A DNA stretch of 63,984 nucleotides, the filler included, from Octopus bimaculoides (lineage: Eukaryota), in NCBI RefSeq assembly GCF_001194135.2. It is 5 parts of 4 records of this genome, joined end to end, with 100 filler letters (N's around TTAATTAATTAA, not from the genome) between each part and the next. Parts side by side here need not be neighbours in the genome. Positions count along the whole stretch, not along the records: positions 1 to 25,424 come from NC_068995.1; positions 25,525 to 40,187 come from NC_068995.1; 3 more parts are not named here. One strand, written 5' to 3'. The translations under genes were made by a program, and so were the position numbers. This document shows, piece after piece, positions 13,350 to 26,520 of the stretch. Position 1 is the first letter of the stretch. Each line of letters opens with the position of its first letter. The notes under the pieces are model-generated. The model did no database searches and was not told the origin of the DNA. It saw nothing but the letters and a program-made list of their open reading frames with translations.

Positions 13350-13732
13350 ATTATGATTCCCTACCATTTAAAAAACATATCTCAGGCATTTTTAATAACA
13401 ATAGTGTTTCATTTTAATATTTAATATTTCCCGATTTGCTGACGCCAAACATATGCCTCACAATAAGTTATTTACTGACATGATTTTCGTCTCACTCTAA
13501 TTGATAATAACCTATTACTGAATGGTTTTAGAAGAAATAGGAAATGGAATTTCAAGAAATATCAAACGCATGATTTCATACTAATACTTTAAAATTATTC
13601 GAAATAATTTTCCACGACCACATAATATTTGAATGGCCAAATTTTCCCAGAAATTGAATAGCAAGATATCCCGAGGCAGTATTAGGTATAGCCATTTTAA
13701 GCAAGTTGCAGAGTGGCAAAAATTTATTTAAG
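13350..13732 (+). pseudogene. Decayed 23-residue-type LRR exon (candidate)
   Basis: One frame over 13583-13732 reads NTLKLFEIIFHDHIIFEWPNFPRN*IARYPEAVLGIAILSKLQSGKNLFK, with Asn at residues 1, 24 and 47. Most departures from the Leu consensus are one-base changes. It ends at AAG|GTAAGT. Upstream LEEIGNGISRNIKRMISY and PHNKL are also LRR-like. Confidence 0.5.
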
Positions 13733-13781
13733 GTAAGTTTTACGCACACACGCACGTGTAAAAGGAGTTAAGGCAGATCTT

Positions 13782-13880
<99 letters not shown>

Positions 13881-14269
13881 AAGCTAATGAGAATGTCCTA
13901 AAAGTCATATTGTATTTATCAAAATCTCATTATGTTTATTTATCTGATTATTTCTTGTGTTTATGGTTTCGAGTTACCCTATAGGGCAGAAGTTGCACTC
14001 AACCCTCCACCCACGTACGGTAAAGTAGTGCTCACCACAGACCAAGACATCTTGAATGGGATCTTCCTCAGGTTCAAGTCTCACATCAATTCAACTAAGT
14101 ATGTCGATATGCACTTGCCTGGATTCTTAAATGCATGGACATGGTTTAAAAAATCTCCGTTTAAAGTGAGACGATGTGGCCACTATGCAAGGAACGGTTT
14201 CTCTATTAATGGAAAGAGTTCACTTATAAACTATGTTCTAGAATTACATAGATTGGAGGAGAATTTATA

Positions 14270-14480
14270 GGACGGCATTTGACTCGATGCAAAAGATGGA
14301 CTACTGGGAGAGGCTACGGGAGCTGAGTCTTTATTCCCTGGAGAGAAAACGAAAGAGATATGCGGTGATACATATTTGGAAGATCTTGGAGGATTTAGCT
14401 CACAATTTTGGAATTGACAGCTATACCAATCCTCGAACTGGACGGCACTGCATCGTGCCAAAGATCCCGTCTTTTCCATC
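14270..14480 (+). mobile_element. CR1-group LINE 3' fragment, same family as 8089-9337
   Basis: MDYWERLRELSLYSLERKRKRYAVIHIWKILEDLAHNFGI...RTGRHCIVPK aligns by eye with LYSMERRHEIYAVLDIWKIMEDLAPNFEI...RTGGHCTVPK. Confidence 0.85.
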
Positions 14481-14759
14481 TAAAATAAGTGTTTGATTGT
14501 TTGTTTGGACATCCCCACTTCTCTCACAATCTATTCCCTCTCCATCCGATTTCCGACTCCATCCATATGAATTATCATTATCTTTACCAATATCACAACT
14601 AACCCTTTGGTATTATTGGCTGTAACTTTTCCCCTCAAGTACCACAAGGTTCGCGAGCAAGTATTTGATTCGCTTTCTTTAACCTAAGCCGTCATCATCA
14701 TCATCATAATCAACATCATCAACATCACAGCTTCTTTTATTTTTGTGAAACCACTATAT

Positions 14760-14982
14760 CAGTTGTTCTCAGTCGTTTTTGATCTATGGACCCCTTCGAT
14801 TCTTATTTTACTCTACTAGACCCCCATTGTTAAACAAATTCATTGTATTTTTATAATTAAATATTATTAGGAATTGTGTAAAAAATAATTAAAATATTTT
14901 GTGTATTCTAGAAGTAAAACCAATTTATTGCACATAAACTTTAAGAACAAAATCATACATGGACCCTGGTTGAGAATCACTG
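14760..14982. mobile_element. hAT-type MITE
   Basis: Imperfect TIRs cagttgttctcagtc (14760-14774) and ggttgagaatcactg (14968-14982). Flanking 8-mers cactatat and cactcttt match at 6/8, consistent with an 8-bp TSD. Confidence 0.65.
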
Positions 14983-14989
14983 CACTCTT

Positions 14990-15059
<70 letters not shown>

Positions 15060-15753
15060 TTGAATATATAGGCAGGAGATGGGGGGTCTAGATTTTGTCT
15101 TTATGAATGTCGATTATTTATCTATTTATTGGTTGTGCATTGTAAATCAATTACGGTTAAGCTAATATGATCGAATGCAAAAGTGTTCGCTTTATCTTTA
15201 GGAAAATGAATCTTCAAGTTCATAGTTAAAAGCACTTGAAAACTAAGAGACTAAATTGTGTTTCCCAATACTTGTAAACGTTGCAGATTTTTGAGTGGGT
15301 CAACAGAAACTAAATCCTCACCTACTTTAAAATTAACCGTTCTTTAGTGTCAAAGCTGTTTACAATGATCTCTGTCTCTCGACCAACGCATAAGTACGTA
15401 AAAACGCACAAGACCAAATACATACAACACTTAACTAAATATATATATTTATACACACACACATACACACACACACATACAAACAAATATATATATACAT
15501 ACGCATATATACACATACAGCACATAGACATATATGTATCTACACACACACACACGCACACACAGACACACACACAGACGCACACACAGACACACACGCA
15601 CACACACACATACATATGGATATTAAAATTGATAAGTAGTTCTGCCAAAGCCTAAATAATGGTAGTATAATTAATTTGATGAAGTGTTAGAAACAATGAT
15701 GACGAGATAATTACATCTCGAACACTAAACGGTTGTCGAGAAATGAAGTAGTT

Positions 15754-15811
<58 letters not shown>

Positions 15812-15812
<1 letters not shown>

Positions 15813-16300
15813 TCTTTTATTCTTTTAGTCTTTTGTTTCAGCCATTTGACTGTGACCATGCTAGAGCACTACCTTAAAGGGTTTTAGTCGAAGAAATCGA
15901 CNNNNNNNNNNNNNNNNNNNNNNNNNNNNNNNNNNNNNNNNNNNNNNNNNNNNNNNNNNNNNNNNNNNNNNNNNNNNNNNNNNNNNNNNNNNNNNNNNNN
16001 NNNNNNNNNNNNNNNNNNNNNNNNNNNNNNNNNNNNNNNNNNNNNNNNNNNNNNNNNNNNNNNNNNNNNNNNNNNNNNNNNNNNNNNNNNNNNNNNNNNN
16101 NNNNNNNNNNNNNNNNNNNNNNNNNNNNNNNNNNNNNNNNNNNNNNNNNNNNNNNNNNNNNTATATACACGACAGGCTTCTTTCAGTTTCCGTCGACTAA
16201 ATCCACTCACAAGGCTTTGGGTGACCCGAGGCTATTGTAGAAGACACTTGCCCAAAGTGCCACGCAGTGGGACTGAACCCGGAACTACGTGGCTGGGAAA
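15812..16300 (-). mobile_element. SINE family A spanning an N gap
   Basis: Right-monomer tail at 15812-15901 and left monomer at 16165-16300, both on the minus strand. Confidence 0.8.
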
Positions 16301-16319
16301 CATATATATATATATAGGG

Positions 16320-16760
16320 TGTTAGGGGTATTTGAGGACATTTTGGCATACAATAAAACAATCATATTTCTGCATAAATAAATATATATTTGAATAAACA
16401 TTTGTGCAATTAGTCTTGATAATGATTTTTTTTAAAGCAAATTATTCTATGAAACCGCCTTTGGCCTTGATGACTACTTCAATGCGGGACCGAAACCGCA
16501 GGAATGCTGACACTATATGGTCCTTATTAATTTCGGACATCACCTGGACAATGGCGGTGTGAAGCTATAGTATTATGAGGATGGCGATTAGTCTCCCTTT
16601 CAACAGTGCTCCACACGCAGTAGTCCATGGGGTTCAAATCTGGAGAGTTTGGAGATCACATATTGGGTGTTACATAAAGGTAAAGATTGTCTGACAACCA
16701 TTCTTGGGTGACTAGGGTTTCGTGAGAAGGTGCTGAGTAGTAAACAAACTGAGATTGTTT
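16320..16760 (-). mobile_element. mariner/maT-like (DD37D-type) transposase 3' remnant
   Basis: Minus translation VTPNM*SPNSPDLNPMDYCVWSTVERETNRHPHNT...RFRSRIEVVIKAKGGFIE*, stop at 16442; SPDLNPMDY at 16620-16646. Confidence 0.85.
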
Positions 16761-18479
16761 ACATACGGAGTTATAAAATATAATAATTCATTGGATTCTC
16801 TCCCTTCCACCTTTTCTGGTTTTTAGTTTGGCCTTTTTTTAACTTTAGATTTCTGGATTTAACTCCGATCCATTTTCCCTTCGTCTAATTTAAATTTTTA
16901 GTATAGCGTTCAAAGCCTCTCTCCCTTAATAGCTCCCTGTAAACCAGCGTTCTTGCTCCTAACGGTCATTTATAATGTTATAACACGTACGCAACCTTAG
17001 CATTTAGCACTTGTCTTACTTTTTGTATGTTGGTTCACTGACGATGAATCTATGTGCAATTCCAGCACCTCTTACTTCTTTGGAGTAGAGTGCACATATA
17101 TTTTGAAACATATGTAGGAATTAAAGGAACATACATTCATACATACATACATACATACATACATACATACATGTCTACCCAGCTGATATCCAAATTTTAG
17201 TGTAAGGGCCTCATTTCTACCAGTTCTTTGTTGATTGTGGGGAAATTTGAGAAATAAGCTACAACATACACAAAAAGACGAATATGCACGTATATACAGA
17301 CGTACACGCATTCATATATATGTACTACATACACGAAGAAACAAAGAAGCTTCTAATTGGTTGCTTAACCAACCAGAAATAATAGACGATTCTCCCTTAT
17401 TACACAATCAACCATCTTTGAAAAGAACGCTTTGAATATTTTGGTCATTAGTGCATTAATTCAAACCTGATTAAGCAGATATATGAGCAAAATCGCTACG
17501 GCTGTGATAATCTCGTACGTTTACCGACATGTTGCTAAATGGAAATTTGGCTACTATTTCTAGTAGAACGAGCGACCGGATAGAGGTTCTCTTGGCTGCT
17601 ATAGAAATTCTGTTGGTGTAATGGACGAAAAGTACCACAGCAAGAATACGTTTTTACAAGAGGAACCATGGAATCTCTAATAATCTTTTAAGTTTAAGTA
17701 GCATAACATGTTTGATGAAACAATTTGAAGAAATAAAAACGAATGTTTCATAAAAACACAATCAATTTGACAGCAATCGCTAAAAGATGATTTCTGATTT
17801 AATTTCTGTTGTCAACAACTAAACAAAACATCGTTATAAAGGTTAGATACTGAACATCTATTCAAATGTGGAAGCATCTCTTCAGTTTCCTTTCATACAA
17901 GGATTCTACAATGAGGTGTTGCAAGGCTTTTTTGATTTTGCACAACGACAACGGAAATTCAAGAAAAGAAAATAATTGAAAAAAATAAAAGTTATTAATT
18001 GAAGCTGAACTCTACAATTCTGTTCAAAATTCAGAACGTCGTGTAAAATGAAGTGTTTACAAGAAAAGTGCCTTTATTGCAATTTGACCTGTTTTCAAAA
18101 GAATTCTCTCTCTCTCTCTGAATTACAGATTCACTAATTGGCTGCTTATTTCCTCTATCCATTCTCAGTTAAACGAGCGAAAAACACAACTGTTCGCATG
18201 ACAGAACGGGTTTACTTCTAGTATGACTTGAACTGTATTATGGGTTGAATATTTACAATACTATGCTACATTGTAACTTGAGTAGAGTTGATGCATTTGT
18301 TACGATGTACATATTTACAGTGAGTCGCCAAACGTCCACACTTATAAAGTGTCAGTAGAAACATTCTGTTTAAAAGTTTTTCCCCAAACGAAATACTAGA
18401 TCAAGAAATCCACTCAATAAAAGATACTTATTAATAACGGACACACTAACACATTAGAAGGCTGAGCTACGGAAGGATA

Positions 18480-18750
18480 TCGACACAAATACAATGCAAC
18501 AAATAATTTTACACCTGTTAAAATTATATGATTCACAGACAACAGACGAACCCCTATAGTTGTCGAGTGGTATCCATGAGATCAGAAAAGATTACTCGGA
18601 AGGCCTCCACGAAGATGGAAAGCCTATTTAATTAAATAATTTGGGCCCAAGATGCAATCAAGAAAGATGCAGTCAAGAAAGAACTGCAAGCACGTTATGA
18701 CCCAGTGATGTATGACATCAGTCTGCGTCTGGTCGATACAGTGATGTGGT
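18480..18750 (+). mobile_element. RTE-like LINE 3' remnant
   Basis: NRRTPIVVEWYP*DQKRLLGRPPRRWK resembles the RTE C-terminal W.PR..KR..GRPP.RW motif. Confidence 0.55.
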
Positions 18751-19169
18751 GTGTGTGTGTGTGTGAAGAAAAGGATTAGAGCTAAAGAGAAATAAAAAGT
18801 AGGAGGAAGTAGAATTATTACAAAACTATAAAAGATATCTGAAAGAAGTGAAGAAATATATTTTTACTTACCCCTTCTGGACAGTTCTGAAATTAAGAAA
18901 AGAAATAAAAAGCAATATTAGTAGGTTTCTTCTTGTAAAATATAACAAATGACTGCACCTCCAATTCTTCGCTTAGCCTACTAGAAATAGATGTCAAATC
19001 ACCTTTAATGTAATTCTAGCTACGCTGTTTCTGGGACGGTTACAGTTAACTATTAGCCTATCTCAGCTAAACACCAACTGTTATATGAACCAAAGATGGG
19101 GTTTCTACATAGCCGTCTCATCTACTTTTCCTCTGCGGTCTTAGAAAATGGAAAATCCTTTTTTTAAGT

Positions 19170-20013
19170 TTGATATTTGTTGGTTAGAGCTGAAGAATAA
19201 TTGTTTCCGCATGATATTAACTTAGTTCATTTAAGCATTAAAAGATATGGCATCCTCTTGCACGGTACACCACTAAACATAGACCTGCTCAATGAATGCT
19301 ACTTTGGAGCTAAACAACAAAAACTTAGCTGCAAGTTGGATTCGCACTCGTTATTTGCGAGTAATGCTTTGGTTTCAGACAGCTTCGAACTTTCACGAGA
19401 TTTTACATGTCGTGAAAGAAAAGCGTAAAGATCAGTTATAAGTGGTAATTTCTACAACAATCAAACTAGTGATATATGTCAGTGCCTTTGTTTTTTCTTC
19501 TCCAGTAAGCTGTTGTTGAACCAGAAGTGAAGCTGAATTTTATTTCGTTAAGTGTATGCTACCGTAATTGAGGTGGGGGAGCTGAAAATCATTTTTAAGC
19601 ATTTGAAATTAACTCCGGCATGAGAAGAAAAGTCCTTAGCGTTAACGAAAATTACGCATGAGAGAAGTCGCAAAATTTCAGTAGAACAAGAATTAATTGG
19701 AGGTATACATCGGTAGTCTAATCAAGAGCTATGGTGAAAACTTTGGATATGATTCAGTCATAATAGACCTCTTCAGTCGAATATCGACTAAAGAATGACT
19801 TGATGATTTACAATATAATTCACTGATTATACAACCGAAAACAATGACAATGGAAATATTTTCAGCCGTTGCTTCGAAATGAATGGCGCAAAAAAAAAAA
19901 AAATGATACGAAATTGACTTAGTCTTAAAGACAATGAGTCTCGGCTTAACGACTTGACTATTCCACCCACAAACTTTCAGCCCACAAAAGAACTTCAACT
20001 CAGACTATCAAGC
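19170..20013 (+). pseudogene. Decayed 24-residue-type LRR array (candidate)
   Basis: WLELKNNCF (~19180), YNNQTSDI, DLFSRISTKE*LDDLQYNSL (19766-19825), YFQPLLRNEW and LSLKDNESRLNDLTIPPTNFQPTKELQLRLSS (19918-20013), with frameshifts between pieces. Confidence 0.45.
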
Positions 20014-20035
20014 TAATGAAACGCTCACCAAATTA

Positions 20036-20430
20036 CATAGGGTAATAAATTTTTTCGAAATCTCAGTTGCATAATATTTTTTTACTGATTCTTACTATTT
20101 TTAACTTGCCAGATTCAAATCTGAATGCTCTTGTTTTCATGAAATTTGAAGTTTTGCATTCCAGCCGCTTGCGTTCAAATTAATAAATAGACGTTTATGT
20201 TATCAACAGATATATTAAAATTGTTATTAAAAACGCTTTCAACTCGTAGTCTCTACTCGCCCTGCTTTGTTCTTCGAGAAGATCAATGCAGGTGTGTTTC
20301 ATGGACCACAGATTCGTACACTTGTACGTGATCAAGAATTTGCCAGATAGATGAATGACAAGGAAAGGACTGCATGGTTTTCATTATTGGTGGCAATAGA
20401 AAACTTTCTCGGTAATAAATAGGCTGGCAA
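20036..20430 (+). mobile_element. Chapaev-like (CMC) DNA transposon remnant
   Basis: EKINAGVFHGPQIRTLVRDQEFAR*MNDKERTAWFSLLVAIENFLGNK*AGNY (~20277-20433) matches the recalled GxFxGPQIR...AW...NFLGNxKAxNY motif. Possible left end catagggtaataaatttt at 20036. Confidence 0.65.
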
Positions 20431-20434
20431 CTAT

Positions 20435-20775
20435 GGTATTTCGTCTGTCTTCACGTTCTGAGTTCAAATGCCGCCGGGGTCGACTTTGCCTTTCATCTTT
20501 TCAGGGTCGATAAATTAAGTACCAGTTATGCACTTGGATCGATGTAATCGACTAGTCCCCTCCCCCAAAATTTCAGGCCTTGTGCCTAGAGTAGAAAGGA
20601 TTAATATTATTATGAAGGCGGCGAGCTGGCAGAATCGCTAGCACGCCGAGGTCGACTTTGTTTTCATCCTTTCGAGGTCGATAAATTAAGTACCAGTTGA
20701 GTACTGGGGTCGACATAATCGACTTGACCCTCCCTCCAAAATTTCAGGGCTTGTGCATTTAGTAGAAAGGATTAT
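20435..20775 (+). mobile_element. Two tandem SINE family B copies
   Basis: Both carry the core gtcgactttg(cc)tttcatcctttcggggtcgataaattaagtaccag and the tail ggccttgtgcctagagtagaaagga. The second copy starts ggcggcgagctggcagaatcg at 20617. Confidence 0.9.
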
Positions 20776-21132
20776 CATTGCTTTTTTGTAGTAGTAGTAG
20801 TAGTAGTCATTGCAACATGTACGAAAGGGAATGCTGGGCATGCTCTTGTATTATTGTATTTCTCCTCACCGAATTGTTATTTTCATGTAATATATTTTAA
20901 TGTATTAAATATGTGAACACAACAATTGCTTTTCAAAAATGAATGATATCACTGAATTATCATTTGTATTACAGATTCCGAAAGGATAAATGCAGTCAAT
21001 TTCTAGCAAAAGTATTCTAATTTCAAAATGTCTTAAAATGGAGGTTTTACAAAAATTCTTGCATGTATGTACTCTGAAACAGTATATTATAGAAATGATA
21101 CACCTAGGATTATTATTATTATTATTATTATT

Positions 21133-21556
21133 CAGTAGTTTTATTTTTATAACGTGCTTTCACTTCACTACCGAGCGCAGCTCTGTGCGCCTTGGGTATG
21201 TGCTGTGGTTTGCTGTGGTGCTCTTATGTTTACTGTATTGAAAGTGTTTTGCGTAGAATGTGTGCAGTACCCAGTAGTGCAATTTTCTGTATGTTATATA
21301 TATTTGTAAGTCCTGGTGTTTTTGTTATGTATTTGTCTGAATATTTTTTTATTATACCTAAGGCACCTACTATGATAGGAATTGTTTCTGTTTTTAGATT
21401 CCACATTCGAGTTATCTCTATTTCCAGGTCTTTGTATTTTGAAAGTTTTTCCATTTCTTTTAGAGAAACGTTGTCATCTGCTGGTATTGAAACATCAATT
21501 AGAAGGCATTTTTTTCCTTCATGATCTTTGACAACTATATCTGGTCTATTTGCCTT
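21133..21556 (-). mobile_element. Dong/R4 retrotransposon 3' end with restriction-like endonuclease, 5'-truncated
   Basis: ANRPDIVVKDHEGKKCLLIDVSIPADDNVSLKEMEKLSKYKDLEIEITRMW...LGTAHILRK has the PD..D RLE motif and is uninterrupted. (ATT)n flanks both sides. Confidence 0.9.
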
Positions 21557-21557
21557 A

Positions 21558-21627
<70 letters not shown>

Positions 21628-22260
21628 TGTCATGACCCTTTTTCATTGTAAATATGCTATTATGCACTATTTCCTCATACATTAACTATTTCGGTGCCAT
21701 TTACTTCGTGATATTATAGTAAAATACTTCTTAATTGTTTCAAATAAGTTTAAATGCCTGAAAAGTATGCAAGTATCAATGAATGAATGAATAAATGAAT
21801 GATGAAACTTGATCCCTTTAAGCAGAGAGATATAATTCTTGAATCGTGATTGGAAAATCCGTGATGAAGACTGTATGTATGTATATATATATTAGTAGGT
21901 TTGGTTTGAGGGTGGAATGTCTTATGTGAGATTTAAAAAAGTACAAGTATTGATGGCACATAAAAATGTAATAAGGACAAATACACACACATACGTGCAA
22001 ATTGCCATAAGTCTGTGTGTATGAGTCTATTTTTATTTTCATAATTTTATTGTAAAACAGAAAAATATATAACATCATTTTGAAGAAAGCCACTTAAATC
22101 GTCGCCAAAGCTGCGGAAATTTTATTCTAAAGAATGTTTAAAACAAATCAAAAAGGTTAAAAGAATTTTAACTAGATAAATAGAAAATGATAAAAAATAT
22201 ATTAAGGATAATGGAATAGTAAAATAGGAAGAAAAATTACTGAGAAATTCATCTAATCCA

Positions 22261-22745
22261 ACGTCTTTACATCTAAGTAATCGATTTTATGTGGGAAGAC
22301 AAAAAAATATGCTTCCATTGTTAGGAACAAAATCTTATTGATTATTATATAATTATTTCGAGTAAGAGGGTTTGCGGGGAAGGTTAGATATACACAAGAA
22401 ACACCTAGAATTGCCAACAATCAAACAAGTAGTAGAAATAGATGAAGAAATAATAGGCGGCCTCATTCACTTCATAACGTTTTAAAGATGTAGCCATACT
22501 CGAAGTAAAAGTCTTCAAATTAAGAAATACTTTACTGCTACTACTAAATTAACAAACACATAATATCTACTATCAAATTTGCAAGATAAACTCTCTTATT
22601 TCATCAATTCAAATGTCTACTTGATCCGACTACTTATTATGGACCATTTGCTCACTTCTTGAGAAACTCTAGATCTTACTAGGTTTTAGACTTCTCATAC
22701 AACAGTTCACTTTTACATAATTTATTTAACGTTAGCTACAACTAA
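22261..22745 (+). pseudogene. Decayed LRR array (candidate)
   Basis: TSLHLSNR (22261), EIDEEIIGGLIHF (22435), LLTS*ETLDLTR (22648-22683), VLDFSYNS (22683-22706) and FNVSYN (22725-22742). Confidence 0.45.
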
Positions 22746-22989
22746 TTTTAATAATTGATCGACACTTTGTTCTATGTTTGTATAGTAGAACATTGGAGCT
22801 CGTACTGGGAATGAAAACTTGTCGATGTAAATGCATAGGAACAGTTAACACTTGTAGGCATGAACTAATGTGTAGTTTTACTTTATTCTACAATCCGATT
22901 TTATTCTCTTTAAGCCTGTATATCTCTTGGTAACTCACTGTGTTAGGAAAGCTGTGGCATTAGAAATAATGTTGGAAATAAGGGTAGTG

Positions 22990-24130
22990 AAATCTGGATA
23001 TGGGGCACACCCAATAAAACCCTTGATTTCAATCTGATTTGTAAGATGTAGAGGGATAGCACTGTCATCTAATAAGTCTACCATATTTTTGCTATGCTTG
23101 GTTCAGATCACCGAGTTGTTATAAGAAGAGTGAGAATCAGTCTGAGAGTTAAGAGAAAAGAGACCATCAAAAGATTGAAGTACAACTGGGAACATTTTGG
23201 TGAAAGCTGGAGCTATAAAAAAGTGTGTACATCAGGAATACGTCAAAATTTCCAGTTGAATGGAAGAGAGATAGCAATTGACCGACACCAAACTTTTAAC
23301 AGGGAAAACGGAAAGGCAGCTGAGGCTTATCGTGAGAGGTTACTGAGGATGAATACGAAAGTGAGGTCCTCAGATGCTCGTGTATTCGTAGCATGAAGAA
23401 AGATATTCACAGCATACAATAACTTTAAAACTGACTGACTGCAAGTTCTTTTGAGAGGAGCAAATCTTGACTTTGAGACGGCGCATCGAAGAAGTGGGAA
23501 GCAGAAAACATCCAGCAATCATGAACTTATTCAATTCTCCCCAAAAGAAAACTTCTGTATTTTAGACTTGCATAGCACTCTTGAGAAGATGGTGCACGCT
23601 ATCGTCAGGCGATTCGATTACTTTCGGACAAAGATCCACTCGGCTGACAGTGAGAAATACATTTTCAACACAATCAGCGGCATGCAGCAGGGAGAGGCAT
23701 TTACATGACCACATACTGATCCCTAATTACTAGGTCGTCGATAGTTGTGAGGAGAAGCTCGAGGTTACTCTAATAAAATACCTATGTTTTGGGGGTAATA
23801 ACCGTTATATTTGTTCACTTTGACTATGCTGACAACATGATGCTTATTTCAAACACTGCTCAGCAAAGGCTCAAGCTCCTGCTTACAGAATGACCGAAAG
23901 AATGCCTTTAGATGAACTCTAAGAAACAAGATCTTGGACTTCAACCTCGATGGCGGAGCCCCAAGACGAAGATGGACTTCGGGTACACTGTCACCTGGAC
24001 TTCATCCTCACTGACGAATTTCAAGCCCAGAATTGCAATTGACTGGAAGACGCTGCATAACAGAAGGAAAATGTTAAAATTCGGGCTCAGCAGGAAGATT
24101 AAGTGCGACCACTATAGATTTATAAAAAAG
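22990..24130 (+). mobile_element. RTE-clade LINE remnant with internal deletions
   Basis: GSDHRVV (end of APE), LDFETA (for IDFEKAF), FNTISGMQQG (for SGVRQG) and DYADNMML (YADD-like, 23825-23836). Confidence 0.7.
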
Positions 24131-24360
24131 TTCATTATCAAAAGATGAGAGAATAGTGATTGTCCAAAAAGTGCACAATGTGTGTGTATGTATGTGCACC
24201 CGTGTGTGCACGCATATCCATACATATATATTTACACACACACACACATATACACACACATACATAAACATAAATTACGGCACTCATTTGATTTGGAAAC
24301 GAAGATGTGTTTGTAACATGTTTTTCCTAATAGTTTAAGGGCCGCAGATATAGACATACG

Positions 24361-24515
<155 letters not shown>

Positions 24516-25779
24516 CTCCTGCTCATTTCCCAGCGGAACATCAAGACTGTGATAGCCGGTGTACAAGAGAGATATGCTAGTATTCATCTGTTTACTAAAT
24601 TCAACTGAGTACACTGGTTCAACGAGCAGCAAGAAATGAAGTGCATTGCTCAAGGACACAGAGTACCGGTGCTGAAATAGAACCCCTGATATAGTCATGG
24701 TATGTGCCTATATGTGTGCGTGTAAGTATGTGTGCAAATATATATGCAATGTGTGTGCGTGTGTGATTGAAATTTACATATATGTTGAGTGCGTACAGTG
24801 TCTACTAGCTGTTTTCTATAATACGTATTAAATGAATAGTCCCTTCTGGAAAGGATTTTTATTATAAAGATTGTAATTATTATTGCAAGAGATAAACACG
24901 AACTCGGGGAATTTTCCTAGAATAACATTTTATCTCAGTTATTTTTATTTGCTTACCTTATGGGCTAATGATATTTCTGTTTCATAAAAAGGTCAAACAT
25001 TGTCGATGAAGATTGTCTAGCCAAAATGATGACAAAACATTTAACGGTACAATACTATGACATATGTAGCAACTCCAAACAGTGATAGCCTCCCACTCTC
25101 TCTCCCTCACCCCTCTCCCATTAAATCAATCTTTCTAATAAAGCAGTTTTCAAATTCAGAAATTACCAAGGTGATTGTGCAAATCTGAAGTAAGACAGAC
25201 AGATTGTGAGAAAAACAGATTGGCATTTCTAAAAATAATAATTTTGTTTACGTGCTTCTTTCAAAGATTTCTCCCAGTAGTGTTATTAAAATGTTAAAAC
25301 AGAAACGAAATCAAATGGGATAGATGACAAGATTCTCAGGGAAAGGGAGATAAGTACTGAATGTTTGCCGTGAAACATTTCTCTTACACACACCCCTATA
25401 TTTATATATATATATATATATATANNNNNNNNNNNNNNNNNNNNNNNNNNNNNNNNNNNNNNNNNNNNTTAATTAATTAANNNNNNNNNNNNNNNNNNNN
25501 NNNNNNNNNNNNNNNNNNNNNNNNTATATATATATACATCTATATATATATAGATGTATATATATATTTATATATGTATATATGTGTATATATTATACAT
25601 ATATGTACATATGTATGTATATATATATATATATATATACATACATACACACGCACACACACATATATATATATACATGGGTATGTGCGTGTATGTATCT
25701 ATATGTTTGTATTTATGTGTATGTATGTATATATGTATATATATGTACGTGCATATATGAGAGGGAGGGAGAATACCTC

Positions 25780-25859
<80 letters not shown>

Positions 25860-25878
25860 GTGTGTGNNNNNNNNNNTG

Positions 25879-25919
<41 letters not shown>

Positions 25920-26489
25920 GTGTGTGTAAAAGAAAAGGCGTTAGAGTATAACAATGTTTGTGATAAATCTCTTTTGTGGAGCTAGTGTGGAATATTGGAT
26001 GAAATATCAGTAAAGTTGAAGTTGTCAGGTGCTCTAAGTGTTTGTTGAGGTGTGGAATTGGGTGGTGGGAGGGAAGAGGAGGGGGACGGGAAGAGGAGAG
26101 TAATTCGTGTTGGTGTTGAGGGTGGTGGGGAGGATAGAGGAGTTCGGTGTGGATGGTTACTGTAAGAGAGTTGATGAAGAAATGAGAGGCTCAAAGAAAT
26201 CAAAAACGAAGATGAAGAAAATGAAAGAAGAAAAATAAAAGAAAAAGAAGAAGAACAACAAGGAGGGTAAAAAGATTAAAACAACAACAACAACAATAAT
26301 AATAAACTTTTTATTAGCCACAAGGGCTCAAAGAGATACAAAAAACACGAATATTTCACGAGGAGTTTAAAAGGAAGAAAAGAAAAATTAGGGTTGTGGA
26401 AAACACGCTGATAAATATGAAATGGAACTGATAAAAACATACAATGTAAGAAGGAAGTGTTAAGACTGTAAAACTACATGTATATACAT

Positions 26490-26520
<31 letters not shown>

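Noticed and set aside
13932-14270. 112-aa ORF upstream of the CR1 fragment
   Set aside because: No recognisable motif, no splice or start context, and a length reachable by chance in 64 kb. It may be unrecognised TE sequence.
18250-18330. Search for a TIR domain to complete a Toll-like gene
   Set aside because: No YDAFxSY, RDxxPG or SxWC motifs were found here or elsewhere in the window.
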